From: Diplonema japonicum
Taxonomy: Eukaryota > Protista > Euglenozoa: Diplonemea
Length of the DNA stretch: 64,000 nucleotides
Direction: 5' to 3'
Assembly (NCBI GenBank): GCA_964019335.1
Contig: OZ025738.1
Location: forward strand, 186,001-250,000
Under the pieces are notes generated by a model. The model made no database searches. It had not been told where the DNA came from and was given only the letters and a program-made list of their open reading frames with translations. A program made the position numbers and the translations under genes. Each line of letters begins with the position of its first letter. Within the stretch, counting starts at the first letter, position 1. Below, piece by piece: positions 1 to 11,740 of this stretch.

Positions 1-150
1 GCCCCCTGTAATCAAGTAAATGGTGCTTGTGCAGGGTGCCCCCACCGGCTTCCTTTAAATCATCGAGTTTTCTTTCTTTCTCTTATTCACAACACAAGAA
101 AAAACAAGAAAACATCTATATCCCGTCACGGGGGGCAAAGATGCTACAAC

Positions 151-3100
151 TCATGCTTTACTCTTGTTGCTGTTTTGTGTCACGTCACCGTCGCTGAGAG
201 CCTTCACATCAGCTTTTCCTTCCGTGATGAGGATGTGTAATGCGTCAGTGTGTTCGTTACTAGCCGCTCTGCTATACGGGGTAGCACCGTTGTTGTCGGC
301 CATGTTCACATATGCCTTTCCTTCCATGATGAGGATATGTAATGCATCAGCGTGTCCATTCTCAGCCGCCATGAAACATGGGGTAGCACCGTAGTTGTTG
401 GGCTTGTCCACATCTGCCTTTCCCTCCGTGATGAGGATACGTAATGAGTCAGCTTGTCCATTCTGAGCCGCCTTGAAACACGGGGTAGCACCACAGTTGT
501 CGCCGATGTCCACATCTGCCTTTCCCTCCGTGATAAGGATACGTAATGCGTCAGCGCGTCCTGATTCAACCGCAATTATACACGGGGTATCACCGTAGCT
601 GTTGGCCTTGTCCACATCTGCCTTTCCTTCCGTGATGAGGATACGTAATGAGTCAGCGTGTCCATTATGAGCCGCAATGACACACGGGGTAGTACCGTCG
701 TTATTTGGCTTATTCACATCTGCCTTTCCCTCAGTGATAAGGATACGTAATGCGTCAACGCATCCATTCAGAACCGCCAAGAAACACGGGGTAGCACCGT
801 TGTTGTCGGCCTTGTTCACATCTGCCTTTCCTTCCGTGATGAGGATACGTAATGAGTCAGTGTATCCATTCCGAGCCGCCATGATACACGGGGTAGTACC
901 GTCGTTGTTGGCCTTGTTCACATCTGCCTTTCCCTCCGTGATGAGGATATGTAATGCGTCAGCGCGTCCTTCTTTAACCGCAATTATACACAGGGTATCA
1001 CCGTTGCTGTTGGCCTTGTTCACATCAGCCTTTCCTTCCGTGATGAGGATACGTAATGAGTCAACGTGTCCATTTTGAGCCGCTATGATACACGGGGTAT
1101 AACCATTGTTGCCGGCCTTGTCCACGTCTGCCTTTCCTTCCGTGATAAGGATACGTAATGCGTCAACGTATCCATTCTGAACCGCCACGAAACACGGGGT
1201 ATTACCGTAGTTGTCTGCCTTGTCCACATCTGCCTTTCCTTCCGTGATGAGGATACGTAATGAGTCAGCGTGTCCATTATGAGCCGCAATGACACACGGG
1301 GTAGTACCGTCGTTATTTGGATTATTCACATCTGCCTTTCCCTCAGTGATAAGGATACGTAATGCGTCAACGCATCCATTCAGAACCGCCAAGAAACACG
1401 GGGTAGCACCGTTGTTGTCGGCCTTGTCCACATCTGCCTTTCCTTCCGTGATGAGGATACGTAACGAGTCAGTGTATCCATTCCGAGCCGCCATGATACA
1501 CGGGGTAGTACCGTCGTTGTTGGCCTTGTTCACATCTGCCTTTCCCTCCGTGATGAGGATATGTAATGCGTCAGCGCGTCCTTCTTTAACCGCAATTATA
1601 CACAGGGTATCACCGTTGCTGTTGGCCTTGTTCACATCAGCCTTTCCTTCAGTGATGAGGATACGAAATGCGTCAACGTATCCATTCTGAGACGCGATGG
1701 AACATGGGGTATAATCGAATTTGTTGGCTTTGTCTACATCTGCCTTTCCTTCCGTGATGAGGATTCGTAATGCGTCAGCGCGTCCTTCTTGAGCCGCCAT
1801 GATACACGGGGTAGCACCGTTGTTGTTGGCCTTGTTCACATCTGCCTTTCCTTCCGTGATGAGGATACGTAATGAGTCAACGTATCCATTTTGAGCCGCC
1901 TTGAAACACGGGGTATAACCATTGTTGTCGGCCTTGTTCACATCTGCCTTTCCTTCGGTGACGAGGATACGTAATGCGTCAGCGCGTCCCGCATTCTCTC
2001 GAGCCGCCGTGATACACGGGGCATCCATCATGAAGTGTTCCGTGAGGAAGACACGTAATTTGTCAGCTTCTTCTTCTTGAACCGTTATGAGACACGGGGT
2101 AGTACCGTCGTTGTTGGCCTTGTTCACATCTGCCTTTCCTTCCGTGATGAGGATACGTAATGAGTCAACGTGTCCATTTTGAGCCGCTATGATACACGGG
2201 GTATAACCATTGTTGCCGGCCTTGTCCACGTCTGCCTTTCCTTCCGTGATAAGGATACGTAATGCGTCAACGTATCCATTCTGAACCGCCACGAAACACA
2301 GGGTATTACCGTCGTTGTCTGCCTTGTCCACATCTGCCTTTCCTTCAGTGATGAGGATACGTAATGAGTCAACGTATCCATTCTTAGCTGCCAAGAAACA
2401 CGGGGTAGCACCGTTGTTGTTGGCCTTGTTCACATCTGCCTTTCCTTCCGTGATGAGGATACGTAATGAGTCAGCGCGTCCTTCTTTAACCGCAATTATA
2501 CACGGGGTATCACCGTTGTTGTTGGCCTTGTCCACATCTGCCTTTCCTTCAGTGATGAGGATACGTAATGCGTCAACGTATCCATTCTTAGCTGCCAAGA
2601 AACACGGGGTAGCACCGTTGTTGTTGGCCTTGTTCACATCTGCCTTTCCTTCCGTGATGAGGATACGTAATGAGTCAGCGTGTCCTTCTTTAACCGCAAT
2701 TATACACGGGGTATCACCGTTGTTGTTGGCCTTGTCCACATCTGCCTTTCCTTCAGTGATGAGCATACGTAATGCGTCAACGTATCCATTCTTAGCTGCC
2801 AAGAAACACGGGGTAGCACCGTTGTTGTTGGCCTTGTTCACATCTGCCTTTCCTTCCGTGATGAGGATACGTAATGCGTCAGCTAGTTCTTTTTGAACCG
2901 TAATGAGACACGGGGTAGTACCGTAGTCGTCGGCCTTGTTCACATCAGCCTTTCCCTCAGTGATAAGGATACGTAATGTGTCAACGTGTCCTCTTTGAGC
3001 CGCCACGTAACACGGGGTAGCACCGTTGTTGTTGGCCTTGTTCACATCTGCCTTTCCTTCAGTGATGAGGATACGTAATGAGTTAACGTATCCTTTCTGA

Positions 3101-6100
3101 GCCGCAGTGAAACACGGGGTATAACCGCTGTCGTCGGCCTCGTTCACATCAGCCTTTCCCTCAGTGATGAGGATACGTAATGAGTCAGCGTATCCGTTCT
3201 GAGCCGCCGTGATACACGGGGTAGCACCGTTGTTGTTGGCCTTGTTCACATCTGCCTTTCCTTCCGTGATGAGGACACGTAATGAGTCAGCGTGTCCATT
3301 CAAAGCTGCCATGAAACACGGGGTAGAACCGTCGTTGTCGGCCTTATTCACATCTGCCTTTCCTTCCGTGATGAGGATACTTAATACGTCAGCGTGTCCA
3401 TTCTGAGCCGCTTTTAAACACGGGGTTGCACTGTTGTCGTCGGTCTTGTTCACATCTGCCTTTCCTTCCGTGATGAGGATACGTAATGCGTCAACGTGTC
3501 CATTATGAGCCGCCATGAAACACGGGGTAGAACCGTAGTTGTCGGGCTTGTCCACATCTGCCTTTCCCACCGTGATGAGGATACGTAATGCATTAGTGCC
3601 TCCCTCTTGAGCCGCCATGATACATGGGGTAGCACCGTTGTTGTTGGCTTTGTTCACATCTGCCTTTCCTTCCGTGATGAGGATACGTAATGAGTCAGCG
3701 TATCCACTAAAAGCCGCCGTGATACACGGAGCATAACCGTTGTTGTTGGCCTTGTTCACATCTGCCTTTCCTTCCGTGATGAGGACACGTAATGAGTCAG
3801 AGTGTCCATTCTTAGCCGCCATGAAACACGGGGTAGTACCGTCGTTGTCGGCCTTGTTCACATCAGCCTTTCCTTCCGTGATGAGGATACGTAATGAGTC
3901 AGCGTGTCCATTCTCAGCCGCCGTGATACACGGGGTAGTACCGTTGTTGTCAACCTTGTTCACATCTGCCTTTCCTTCCGTGATGAGGATACGCAATGCA
4001 TCAGCGTATCCACTAAAAGCCGCCATGATACATGGGGCATAACCGTATTTGTTGGACTTGTTCACATCTGCCTTTCCTTCCGTGATGAGGATACGCAATG
4101 AGTCAGCGTGTCCATTCTGAGCCGCCATGATACACGGGGTAGTACCGTCGTTGTTGGCCTTGTTCACATCTGCCTTTCCATCCGTGATGAGGATGCGCAA
4201 GGCGTCCACGCAGTCGCGTTCAGCGGCGACAGAGCACGCAGTGCCGCCAGACGCATCCGCCGTATCCGCTGCCAGCCTCCCAGAGAGGAAGACATCCTTA
4301 AGAAGGTCAGCCCGATTCCTTGCGGCCGCAGCATGAAGCACTGTCCACCCTTTACGCGATCCCTCTTCCTCGTTCGCTCCCCAGAAAGTGTCGCCGAGAA
4401 CCTGCACCACCTTGTCGAATACAGCCAGCTTGCAAGAACACGCAAGAAGCCCGACACCTGTTGTGTGAAGATCCTTTGGTACCCCAGCAAGGTCCGCTCC
4501 CTTGCTCAACAGAACTATCGCACTCTTCTCGTGGCTCCTGTCCTTGTTCATCCGCAACACTGCTGAGAGCGAAGCGTTCAGAGCCTCAGAGTGAGCTGTG
4601 GGTGACAGGGACAGGTTGGCACAGCACAGAGACACCACCTGCTCGTTGTGCTCCAACTCTGCCGCCTCCTGAAGCACCGTCTTGCCGACTTCATCAACAG
4701 GCATTGTCGTGCTGAGCGGGTAGTCTACGAACCTTCCTTCACGCGTCACCGGATGAAGTTGAAAGATGTCATCTATCGTGGGCTTCCTCCTGATCGTTTC
4801 GAGGATCACCGGTTGGAGTTCAAAGCTGTCGTCTCTCGTGAGCTTCGTCTTTCTTTTTTCGATCGTATGGAGGAGCTTCGCGTTGCGGACACGCTCCACC
4901 TGTGTCATGACGTCTCCAAGCCTGCCCCAGTGATAGAAGTCGATTTCCTGCAGCTCCACCACAACCACGCGACGCATGCTTGTGTCGAGAGCCACCTCCA
5001 GCAGACGCATCACACCGATGTCAGGGCGACCCACCACCCGGAACTGGGTGTTCGCTGCGATCAGAACCTCCTTCTCCTCGGGGAAGCGACTGAACCGAGC
5101 GATCCTCCGCCCAGTCTTAACCCGAAGAATGAGGATCGTCCCCTGAACCTCTTCGTCCCGACCGCACCCACCCGTCGTCCCAAGGAAGTCCCTCACCACC
5201 TCAGGGTCCTCACTTGCACTCGTGGGGTGCGGCATCGTCACCACTGCCCCCACAGAGTACAGCGACTCACTCACCCGGAAGTCGATTGCACGGAACACGG
5301 TCCCCTCGTACTTCGGCTGCGACATCATTGCTCGGTGCAGGGAATAGGCGAAGTCCTTCATCGGCTCGTAGCGTTCCCGCTCCCCGTGGAACGCCACCTC
5401 ACGCATCGCCGCGTTCACCCCGTAGCACAAGGGGCTCTCCAGACTGTACAGCCGAAGGTACGGCTCCGACTTCCCCTCCACCTGCTGCACCGCCCACTTC
5501 GCAGCACCATTCGTATCACCTTTCGCAGCCATCACACTCCTCATCGCAGCCTCCACCGTCGCCAGTATCGGCCTTGCACACGACGCACCTTTGAAGAACT
5601 CGCTCCTCCCTCGGTCCACCTCGATCTCGCCGACCCCGTCGCTGTACCGGCTCACTACTCCCTCGTTTGCTGCCACCACCCTTCCTCCACCCACCTTGTT
5701 TTATTTTTTTTAAGTTCTTTTTATTTATTTTCTGGATTCCCTCTTAAGGAATTTTGGCTAGAGCCGGGAAAATAAAGTTTTCATTATTTCCCTAGGGAAA
5801 ATAAAGTACTCTATTTTTTTCCTCATGTTTTAAGCAGATTTGTGAAAATGGGGCTTCAGAGAAAAGAGGCCGAAAAATCAATAAAATTTTGCGGTATTTG
5901 TGCCATGGTTGGTGCCCACCGTGGACAGGGGGTCCTACACGTGCCTGTCACCATTCTGCTGTTGCATCCTGGAGTTGGCTGTTGGGGTTTGCCTTTCAGT
6001 CATAGTCCCTCTAAGTAGGGAGTTGTTTGGGTGGACGAGAACAGGGGCCATGCGTCGGTGCACCCAAGTTCCTCAGGGAGTTCATCGAGTTCAGCCGCAT

Positions 6101-6919
6101 CCGCACCAGAAAGCCCAGGAGCCCGGGAGGCTGATATGATAACGTAGTTAGATGCCCTATAAAGGAGGGCTTAAGCCGTCGAGCCTCTGGTCCCTTTATA
6201 GCCGCCTGAACCATACCATGAAGCATAAGGGATTTGCTGCATTTCCCCCGTTTTCGTGACAGCCGAATTTTGGTTCATCTTTATGTGTGAGCCCCCTAAA
6301 TTGTATTTCTTCTCAAAAGCAACCACTTCAACGGAGTTTTCGGGACTATTTACACATTTCTTTCAAAATACTTCCCGTGGTTGCATGCTGCCCCTTTTTT
6401 GTGAAAATTTAAAAAAGCGTTTTTTCGCAAAGAAAAAAGCATTGACAAATAGCGGAGAGGTGACCATATCGGATTATTAAAGCAAAAAGTGAACTTTATT
6501 CTTCCCTCGGTTGATATTCTATCCCGAGGGATCTTATTTTCCCGAGCGAAGCGAGGGAAAAATAACCCCCTCGGGATAGAATATCACTTTATTTATTTAA
6601 AAATCAATAGTTATTATTTCTTTTTTTTATTCTTTTTGTATACCTTGAACGCTTTCGCCGCCTTCTTAAGCTCTTCACGCGCCTCCGACACCAGTGATGA
6701 CACGCTGTCCCCCACACCGCGCTCCTTGTTGCGTTTCAGGAACTCCTGCATCACAGCAATCACGCTGTGGCACAGTGCGTCGTGCCACTTCCCCATCGCC
6801 GTGTCCAGCTCCACCTCGATGGTGGTGGTTGCTGTACCCCCCACGCTGCTCGCCAACTGTCCACGCAGCTGCACCACCGCTTTCCACGCTATTTCTACAG
6901 CTCCCTCTCCCGCCGTCAT
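151..6919 (-). CDS. ADP-ribosyltransferase (R-S-E clade) + ~40 ankyrin repeats; 2 exons (6919-6644, 5694-151), ~1939 aa
   Basis: ART motifs LYS...VFRA...TSAS...FPEEKEVL followed by 34-aa ankyrin repeats (TPC..AA.NG..D.LRILITEGKADVNKA). The ORF-track 'start' GTG at 5694 follows AG. A 276-nt ATG exon (MTAGEG...KAFK) ends at a GT donor at 6643 and joins in phase 0. The same structure is present in the paralogue. Confidence 0.88.
5695..6643 (-). other. GT-AG intron (949 nt) expanded by repeat insertions
   Basis: GTATAC...AACAAG at the same position as the 51-nt intron of the paralogue. Confidence 0.75.
6512..6586. repeat. Long hairpin/palindrome inside the intron
   Basis: Perfect 19-bp inverted repeat TGATATTCTATCCCGAGGG/CCCTCGGGATAGAATATCA, plus an inner TTATTTTCCC/GGGAAAAATAA stem around GAGCGAAGCGA. 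Confidence 0.85.
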
Positions 6920-7868
6920 TTCTTCTTCTTTTTCTTTGTTGATAATTGCAAGTAGGTAATCTGTGTGGATGTATGTTGTGAACATGTGAACAAACAAACT
7001 GGAGAAACTAAAATGCTGAAAGGAGGGAGAGGAGTAAGGAGAGAGGAAGATGATATCAATTAAAAACTCAAATCTATTTCTACGGTGCATGGTGCCCACC
7101 GTGGACTGAGATCCTACACGTGCCTGTCGCACTCCCACGGTGCCAGGATGTTGGATACCTGTTGCATCTGAAGCAGCATGCGCTCCAGCTCCGCGACTTC
7201 CCCTTCTCCTCCCGCCTCTCTTTCTTCTTCGTCTTCTGAGTCGTCTCGGGAATCTTCTTCGTCCACCTCCTCCGTCGGTGGGATGTGTGCCACTGCGTCG
7301 GTCCGCCATCCCCGTGGGTGGATGTAGAAAACCGCGCCTGTGATCACCCTGCGTAGGTTCCTTGCTGCGACGGGGTCCGACGACGCTGAAACAATATAAA
7401 GAAAGAGATCAGGTGAAAAAGGGGGTTAAGGACTGGAGGGGGTTGAGGGTTCGCTCCGTGTTGAGGCCTTTTGGACGAACCCGAGCCGGTTCAGCGGAGA
7501 CCGTCAAGCTTCACAAGGTCATGACTCCCCGTTCCACAATCTGGCAGCCCTTTCTCACCCGTTTGTCAACATAATTAGAAAAGGTATAAAAACAGAAGTG
7601 GGTGAAAGTTACAACAAAACCTCATACATCAAACCACCACAGGGGTACAACCTTCCTTTGAATTACTGTCGTACTACGGTAAAGATCTGTTTTTGTTTGC
7701 TTAACAGACCTGCGGGTAACAGTGGCCTGCAATATTGATATTCTTTCGGCTACTTCCTTCTTGCGTTGGTAGTGGTGAACGATGTTTAGGGGTATCATCT
7801 ACCACTTAAAAAGGTGAGCCGAGGGAGAGGGAACAAGGGTTTAAAATCTTCTTTTGTAACGCGTGCCT

Positions 7869-9542
7869 TTAGCGTCTACCCAGAAGAAAAACAACAACAA
7901 CAACAACAGAAGAAACGGTCGAGAATACGCAAAGCGTTAACGGTATCCCACACCACCCTTTTCCCGTTTCCTTCCTCGTTCTCTCCAAGGGGGGCTTCGA
8001 TTCTAAATTCCCTCCTTCTCCTCCACCACCACCACCACCAGCAGCAGCAGGAGTAGCAGCAGCATCATGAGGGGTGGTTCTCTTCCTCAAGACGCCAACC
8101 GGTTCAACATTCAGCCACCTAACTGAAACACATCCAGTCGAAGCGATTTCACAGGCGAAGTGGTTCCCAACAGTTCTGATAGATGTAAGCGAGGGGTTCT
8201 TATGGAGGAATCGACAACCGATAGTAGTCACGCTGGTAAAGCCTTCAAGATCCACCGATGTGAGGGAGGGGTTCGCGCACAGGAACTCGTCGTTGAGCGA
8301 TGTAAGATTGGCCAGACAGCCCCCGCCGGCAAATGACACAAGATCGTTGTTTGCAGACATGAAGCAGATTCCGATGGAACGCACTTTTCTGAAGACGCTG
8401 AAGTCGAAAGCCTCCAACGAGGTCTCGTTCAAGAAACTCGTTCCGATGCTGCGAACCTTTCCGAACCCGCTCACGTCGAGCGATTTTAAACACGGGCTTC
8501 CATAAAGGCAGAAGGCCCCTATGCTCTGTGTCTTCCTTAACCCACTGAGATCGACTGTTGCAAGCGAACTGTTCTTGACCAAGAACTCGTCGTCTATCTC
8601 AACGAGGTCTCCCAACCCACCAGCACCGGTGCTGAACCTTTCGAGGAACCTGTTGTTGCACACGAACTCTGTTCCGACTGACCGGACGCTTGTCAAGCCG
8701 TCGAGACCAAGTGATTTGAGGGAGGTGTTGTTTAGAAAATGGTGGCCGATCGTCTCCACCTTTGTAAAACAGCTCAGGTCGATCCGTTCAAGAGAGGCGT
8801 TTCCGCACAAGAACTCGTCCCCTATTCGTTCAACTGAGCTGACCATGCTCTGCAAGTCCACCGACGTGAGGGACGGGTTGTGGCAGACGAAGCCGTCTCC
8901 TATACTTTCAACCCCGTCCAACCCACGGAGACCATCGATCGACGTGAGAGACTTGTTCCCGTTCATGAAATAATCCCCAATCTCCGCAACACCCTTTAAA
9001 CCGTCAAAATCAACAGATACGAGGCGTGGACAGTCGCAGAGAAACTCCTCCCCGAACATCACGAGGGTCATCCTGACCGTGACGGACAGCAGAAGGCAGT
9101 TCTGAAGAAAACCCCCGCTTGTTACGCGAGGGATACAAGCTGAGTCAATAATGATGAGGTGGTCCAGACCAACCGGAAGGTCGTGGGACTCAAGGGTGAT
9201 TATCTCGTCTGGCGTGTCTCCCACATCGATCTCCAGAACCATCTCGGGGAGGTCTTGCAGCCTGTTCTTAGCTTCTTCGGGGTTCTCCCATAGTTCCGCT
9301 AGCCCTATGGTTGCTGTGTGTTGAACAAGCTGGGCTTCCGACCCGTCCACAAGCCCGCTGCTCTGAACCTCCCCACCGTACAGCCGGTCTAGGACGCTGC
9401 CTTCCCATGTTAGTTTGAAGTTCCCTTCAGCCACACCTGCGGCGAGGGACGCCTTGAGGTACAGGCTGCGAATTGTATCCTTTCCCGATAGTTGCACATC
9501 ATGCGTCCCAGCAGCCGTCTTCACGAACACTGTGATGCTCAT
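7869..9542 (-). CDS. Ubiquitin-like + leucine-rich repeat protein (divergent family member); true C-terminus uncertain
   Basis: N-terminal Ubl (ITVFVKT...FKLTWEG...LVDGS), then LRRs (L..V..IG..FL..N.SL..vDL). Confidence 0.85.
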   Translation of the reverse strand: MSITVFVKTAAGTHDVQLSGKDTIRSLYLKASLAAGVAEGNFKLTWEGSVLDRLYGGEVQSSGLVDGSEAQLVQHTATIGLAELWENPEEAKNRLQDLPEMVLEIDVGDTPDEIITLESHDLPVGLDHLIIIDSACIPRVTSGGFLQNCLLLSVTVRMTLVMFGEEFLCDCPRLVSVDFDGLKGVAEIGDYFMNGNKSLTSIDGLRGLDGVESIGDGFVCHNPSLTSVDLQSMVSSVERIGDEFLCGNASLERIDLSCFTKVETIGHHFLNNTSLKSLGLDGLTSVRSVGTEFVCNNRFLERFSTGAGGLGDLVEIDDEFLVKNSSLATVDLSGLRKTQSIGAFCLYGSPCLKSLDVSGFGKVRSIGTSFLNETSLEAFDFSVFRKVRSIGICFMSANNDLVSFAGGGCLANLTSLNDEFLCANPSLTSVDLEGFTSVTTIGCRFLHKNPSLTSIRTVGNHFACEIASTGCVSVRWLNVEPVGVLRKRTTPHDAAATPAAAGGGGGGGEGGNLESKPPLERTRKETGKGWCGIPLTLCVFSTVSSVVVVVVFLLGRR

Positions 9543-10539
9543 TTTCTTTTTTTTTTTCCGATTTTCACTTTTTCACTTTTTCTTATTATAGAAACCTGGC
9601 CAAGGTGTGCCTCTCGAAGCTCGAAAAAGAAAGGTGGGAAAAAAAGTTCGCTTTTTTCTTTTTCTTCCCTTTCTTCTTTTTCGTTTGAACTTAGTAAGCC
9701 AGCTGCACATCCCGCCTTCTTGAGAAACTCGGCCCGAACATCACGAGGGTCATCCCGGTGCGGCTTCTTTGTCCACCAACATTTCGTGTTGGTCGTCCGA
9801 TGGTGCCCCGTGAGGCGTCCGCACTGGTCTGATTCATTTTCTTTAAAAAGGTTTGCTATTCTTTTTCTGTGTATCAGCCCACCCACCTTTCTCTTTTCTT
9901 TTCTTCTTTTTTTGGGGGAAAGTACTGATGGATCAAAGTGATGGATCAAAAGTGATGGATCAAAGTAGGAAAAAAGAGGTAAGAAAAAAGAAAAAAGAAA
10001 GTCAAGCGACTGGCACCTTCCGAAGAAGGGCCTCCCACGTCCGCCGGGTTGAGCAGAGGATGCCGGGGGTAGGGGGAAACATTTGATAATTGGATACCGT
10101 GTGGTCTTCTCACCCCTGGCCGGTATTGGACCTTCTGAAAAGTCCTTCTGTCCCAAAAGGGGGGAAAGAAGAAGAAGGAGAAGCTCCAGTCTCGGGACAG
10201 CACGTGGGCAGTTGTCCAGTGCCAATGAATGGGATGGGGATGAAACTACGGGGGAGCCGGGATGGTCAGGACTTACTTTGCAGGACTTCCAATACCATGT
10301 GGTCCTCTCACCCCTGGCCGGTATTGGACCTTCTGAAAAGTTCTTTTGTACCCAAAAAGGAGGAAAGAAGGAGAAGAAAGTTAAATACTGTAAAACGCGA
10401 GCTGAGAAAAATATCCGGGCTTCTTTTTCGCTTCTGGGAGTTTGTCACTCTGGCAACTTTCTCTCCGGAATCTTTCGTTTACAGTGATCTTTCTTTTTTT
10501 TAAAATTCCACTTCCAGTTTTAAAAAAAAAAATATATGA

Positions 10540-10860
10540 GTTAAAGGAAGTCTTTGTGAGACGCCCCCTTGTTCTCATCTTCTACCTGCACCTATCCCCT
10601 TTCAGCAGCGGTTTCTCCTCCTTTGGTGGTCTTGCCGGCCTTCTCCCCAGCCTGGCCGCTCTTTCTCTTCGTTCTCTCGCCCATTGTCCTTTCAACGCCT
10701 CTAGGTCATGCTTGGTCTTCGGTGATGCAAATATCGCCCTCCTGTTCCATCCGATCACCGCCTTTGTCCTCCCGATGGATCGTAGTGTGTGCACCCTTGT
10801 GCACGGCTCAGCTGGGAAGGCCCTCCTTCCTTTCACCTTCTTCAGTATCCTCCCTAGCTC
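10540..10860 (-). mobile_element. 3' fragment of a non-LTR retrotransposon
   Basis: RRAFPAEPCTRVHTLRSIG...RRAIFAS is homologous to the C-terminus of ORF 62051-63361; near copy at 54320-54640. Confidence 0.75.
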
Positions 10861-11740
10861 CCAAAAAAAGAAAAAAAAGAGTCGATTGTTGTTGTTTGTG
10901 CACAGCCTCCTCGTGGAGAGGGTATTCCGCCACAGCCAGAAGCTCTTGGAGAGCGTTCGTCTTCTTTCAATCGATTGTTATATGCACTTATAAAATATAG
11001 CGCGCATTCTCGAGCTTCTCGCCTCGCGAAGTGGATGGCAACAGACATTCGTATTTTCTGATTGTGCACACCGTGTAGTAGGATAAACCCAGCAATGCCA
11101 CCACTCTTTTTAGCAATAACAATTCATTACCAAAAAATATTGTTTTTCTTGTTCATGCAAAAAAAAACCTTTTGTTTTTTTTTTTTTTTTTCTTTCTTTT
11201 CTTTCTCTTAATTTGTTTTCTTCCTTTCTCTTTTTCCAAAAACACCTAATCAACTAAATAGAAAAATAGTAAAAACCACGAACCATAATCAACACGAAAA
11301 TGGTGGCGGGATGAAACAAAATATAAACATGAGTTAAAGGAAGTCCTTGTGAGACGCCCCCTTGTTCTCATTCTCTACCTGCACCTAACAAAAGAAAAAT
11401 GAATGCAAGAATAGAAATAAAAGAAATTAAAAAAAAAGAGAGACATTTAAGGGTACCTGCGGTATGCGGCAGGACGCCTGATATAAAAATAAAACGGAGC
11501 TTTGATTAAGTGGCGTTAAGCGTGCAACGAAGCACGAACTATCTACTTGACTACAGGGTGTTATGTCCACCACCTAAATAGAAAAAAAGATGGGGTAGAG
11601 CACGAAAAGAAAAGAAAAACTATGGTATACGTTACTATCTATTCCTCACACCATCGATGCTGGACACTCTTTCTTTCTTTCTTTCTTTCTTTTCTTCTTT
11701 TTCACAACACAAGAAAAAGTAGGATTAGATCTATAACCCA

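Noticed and set aside
164-5775. Many plus-strand ORFs over the ART-ankyrin genes (also 11775-14556)
   Set aside because: Antisense shadows of repetitive coding sequence
9539-10225. 228-aa ORF
   Set aside because: Chance read-through of a mosaic of unrelated repeat fragments
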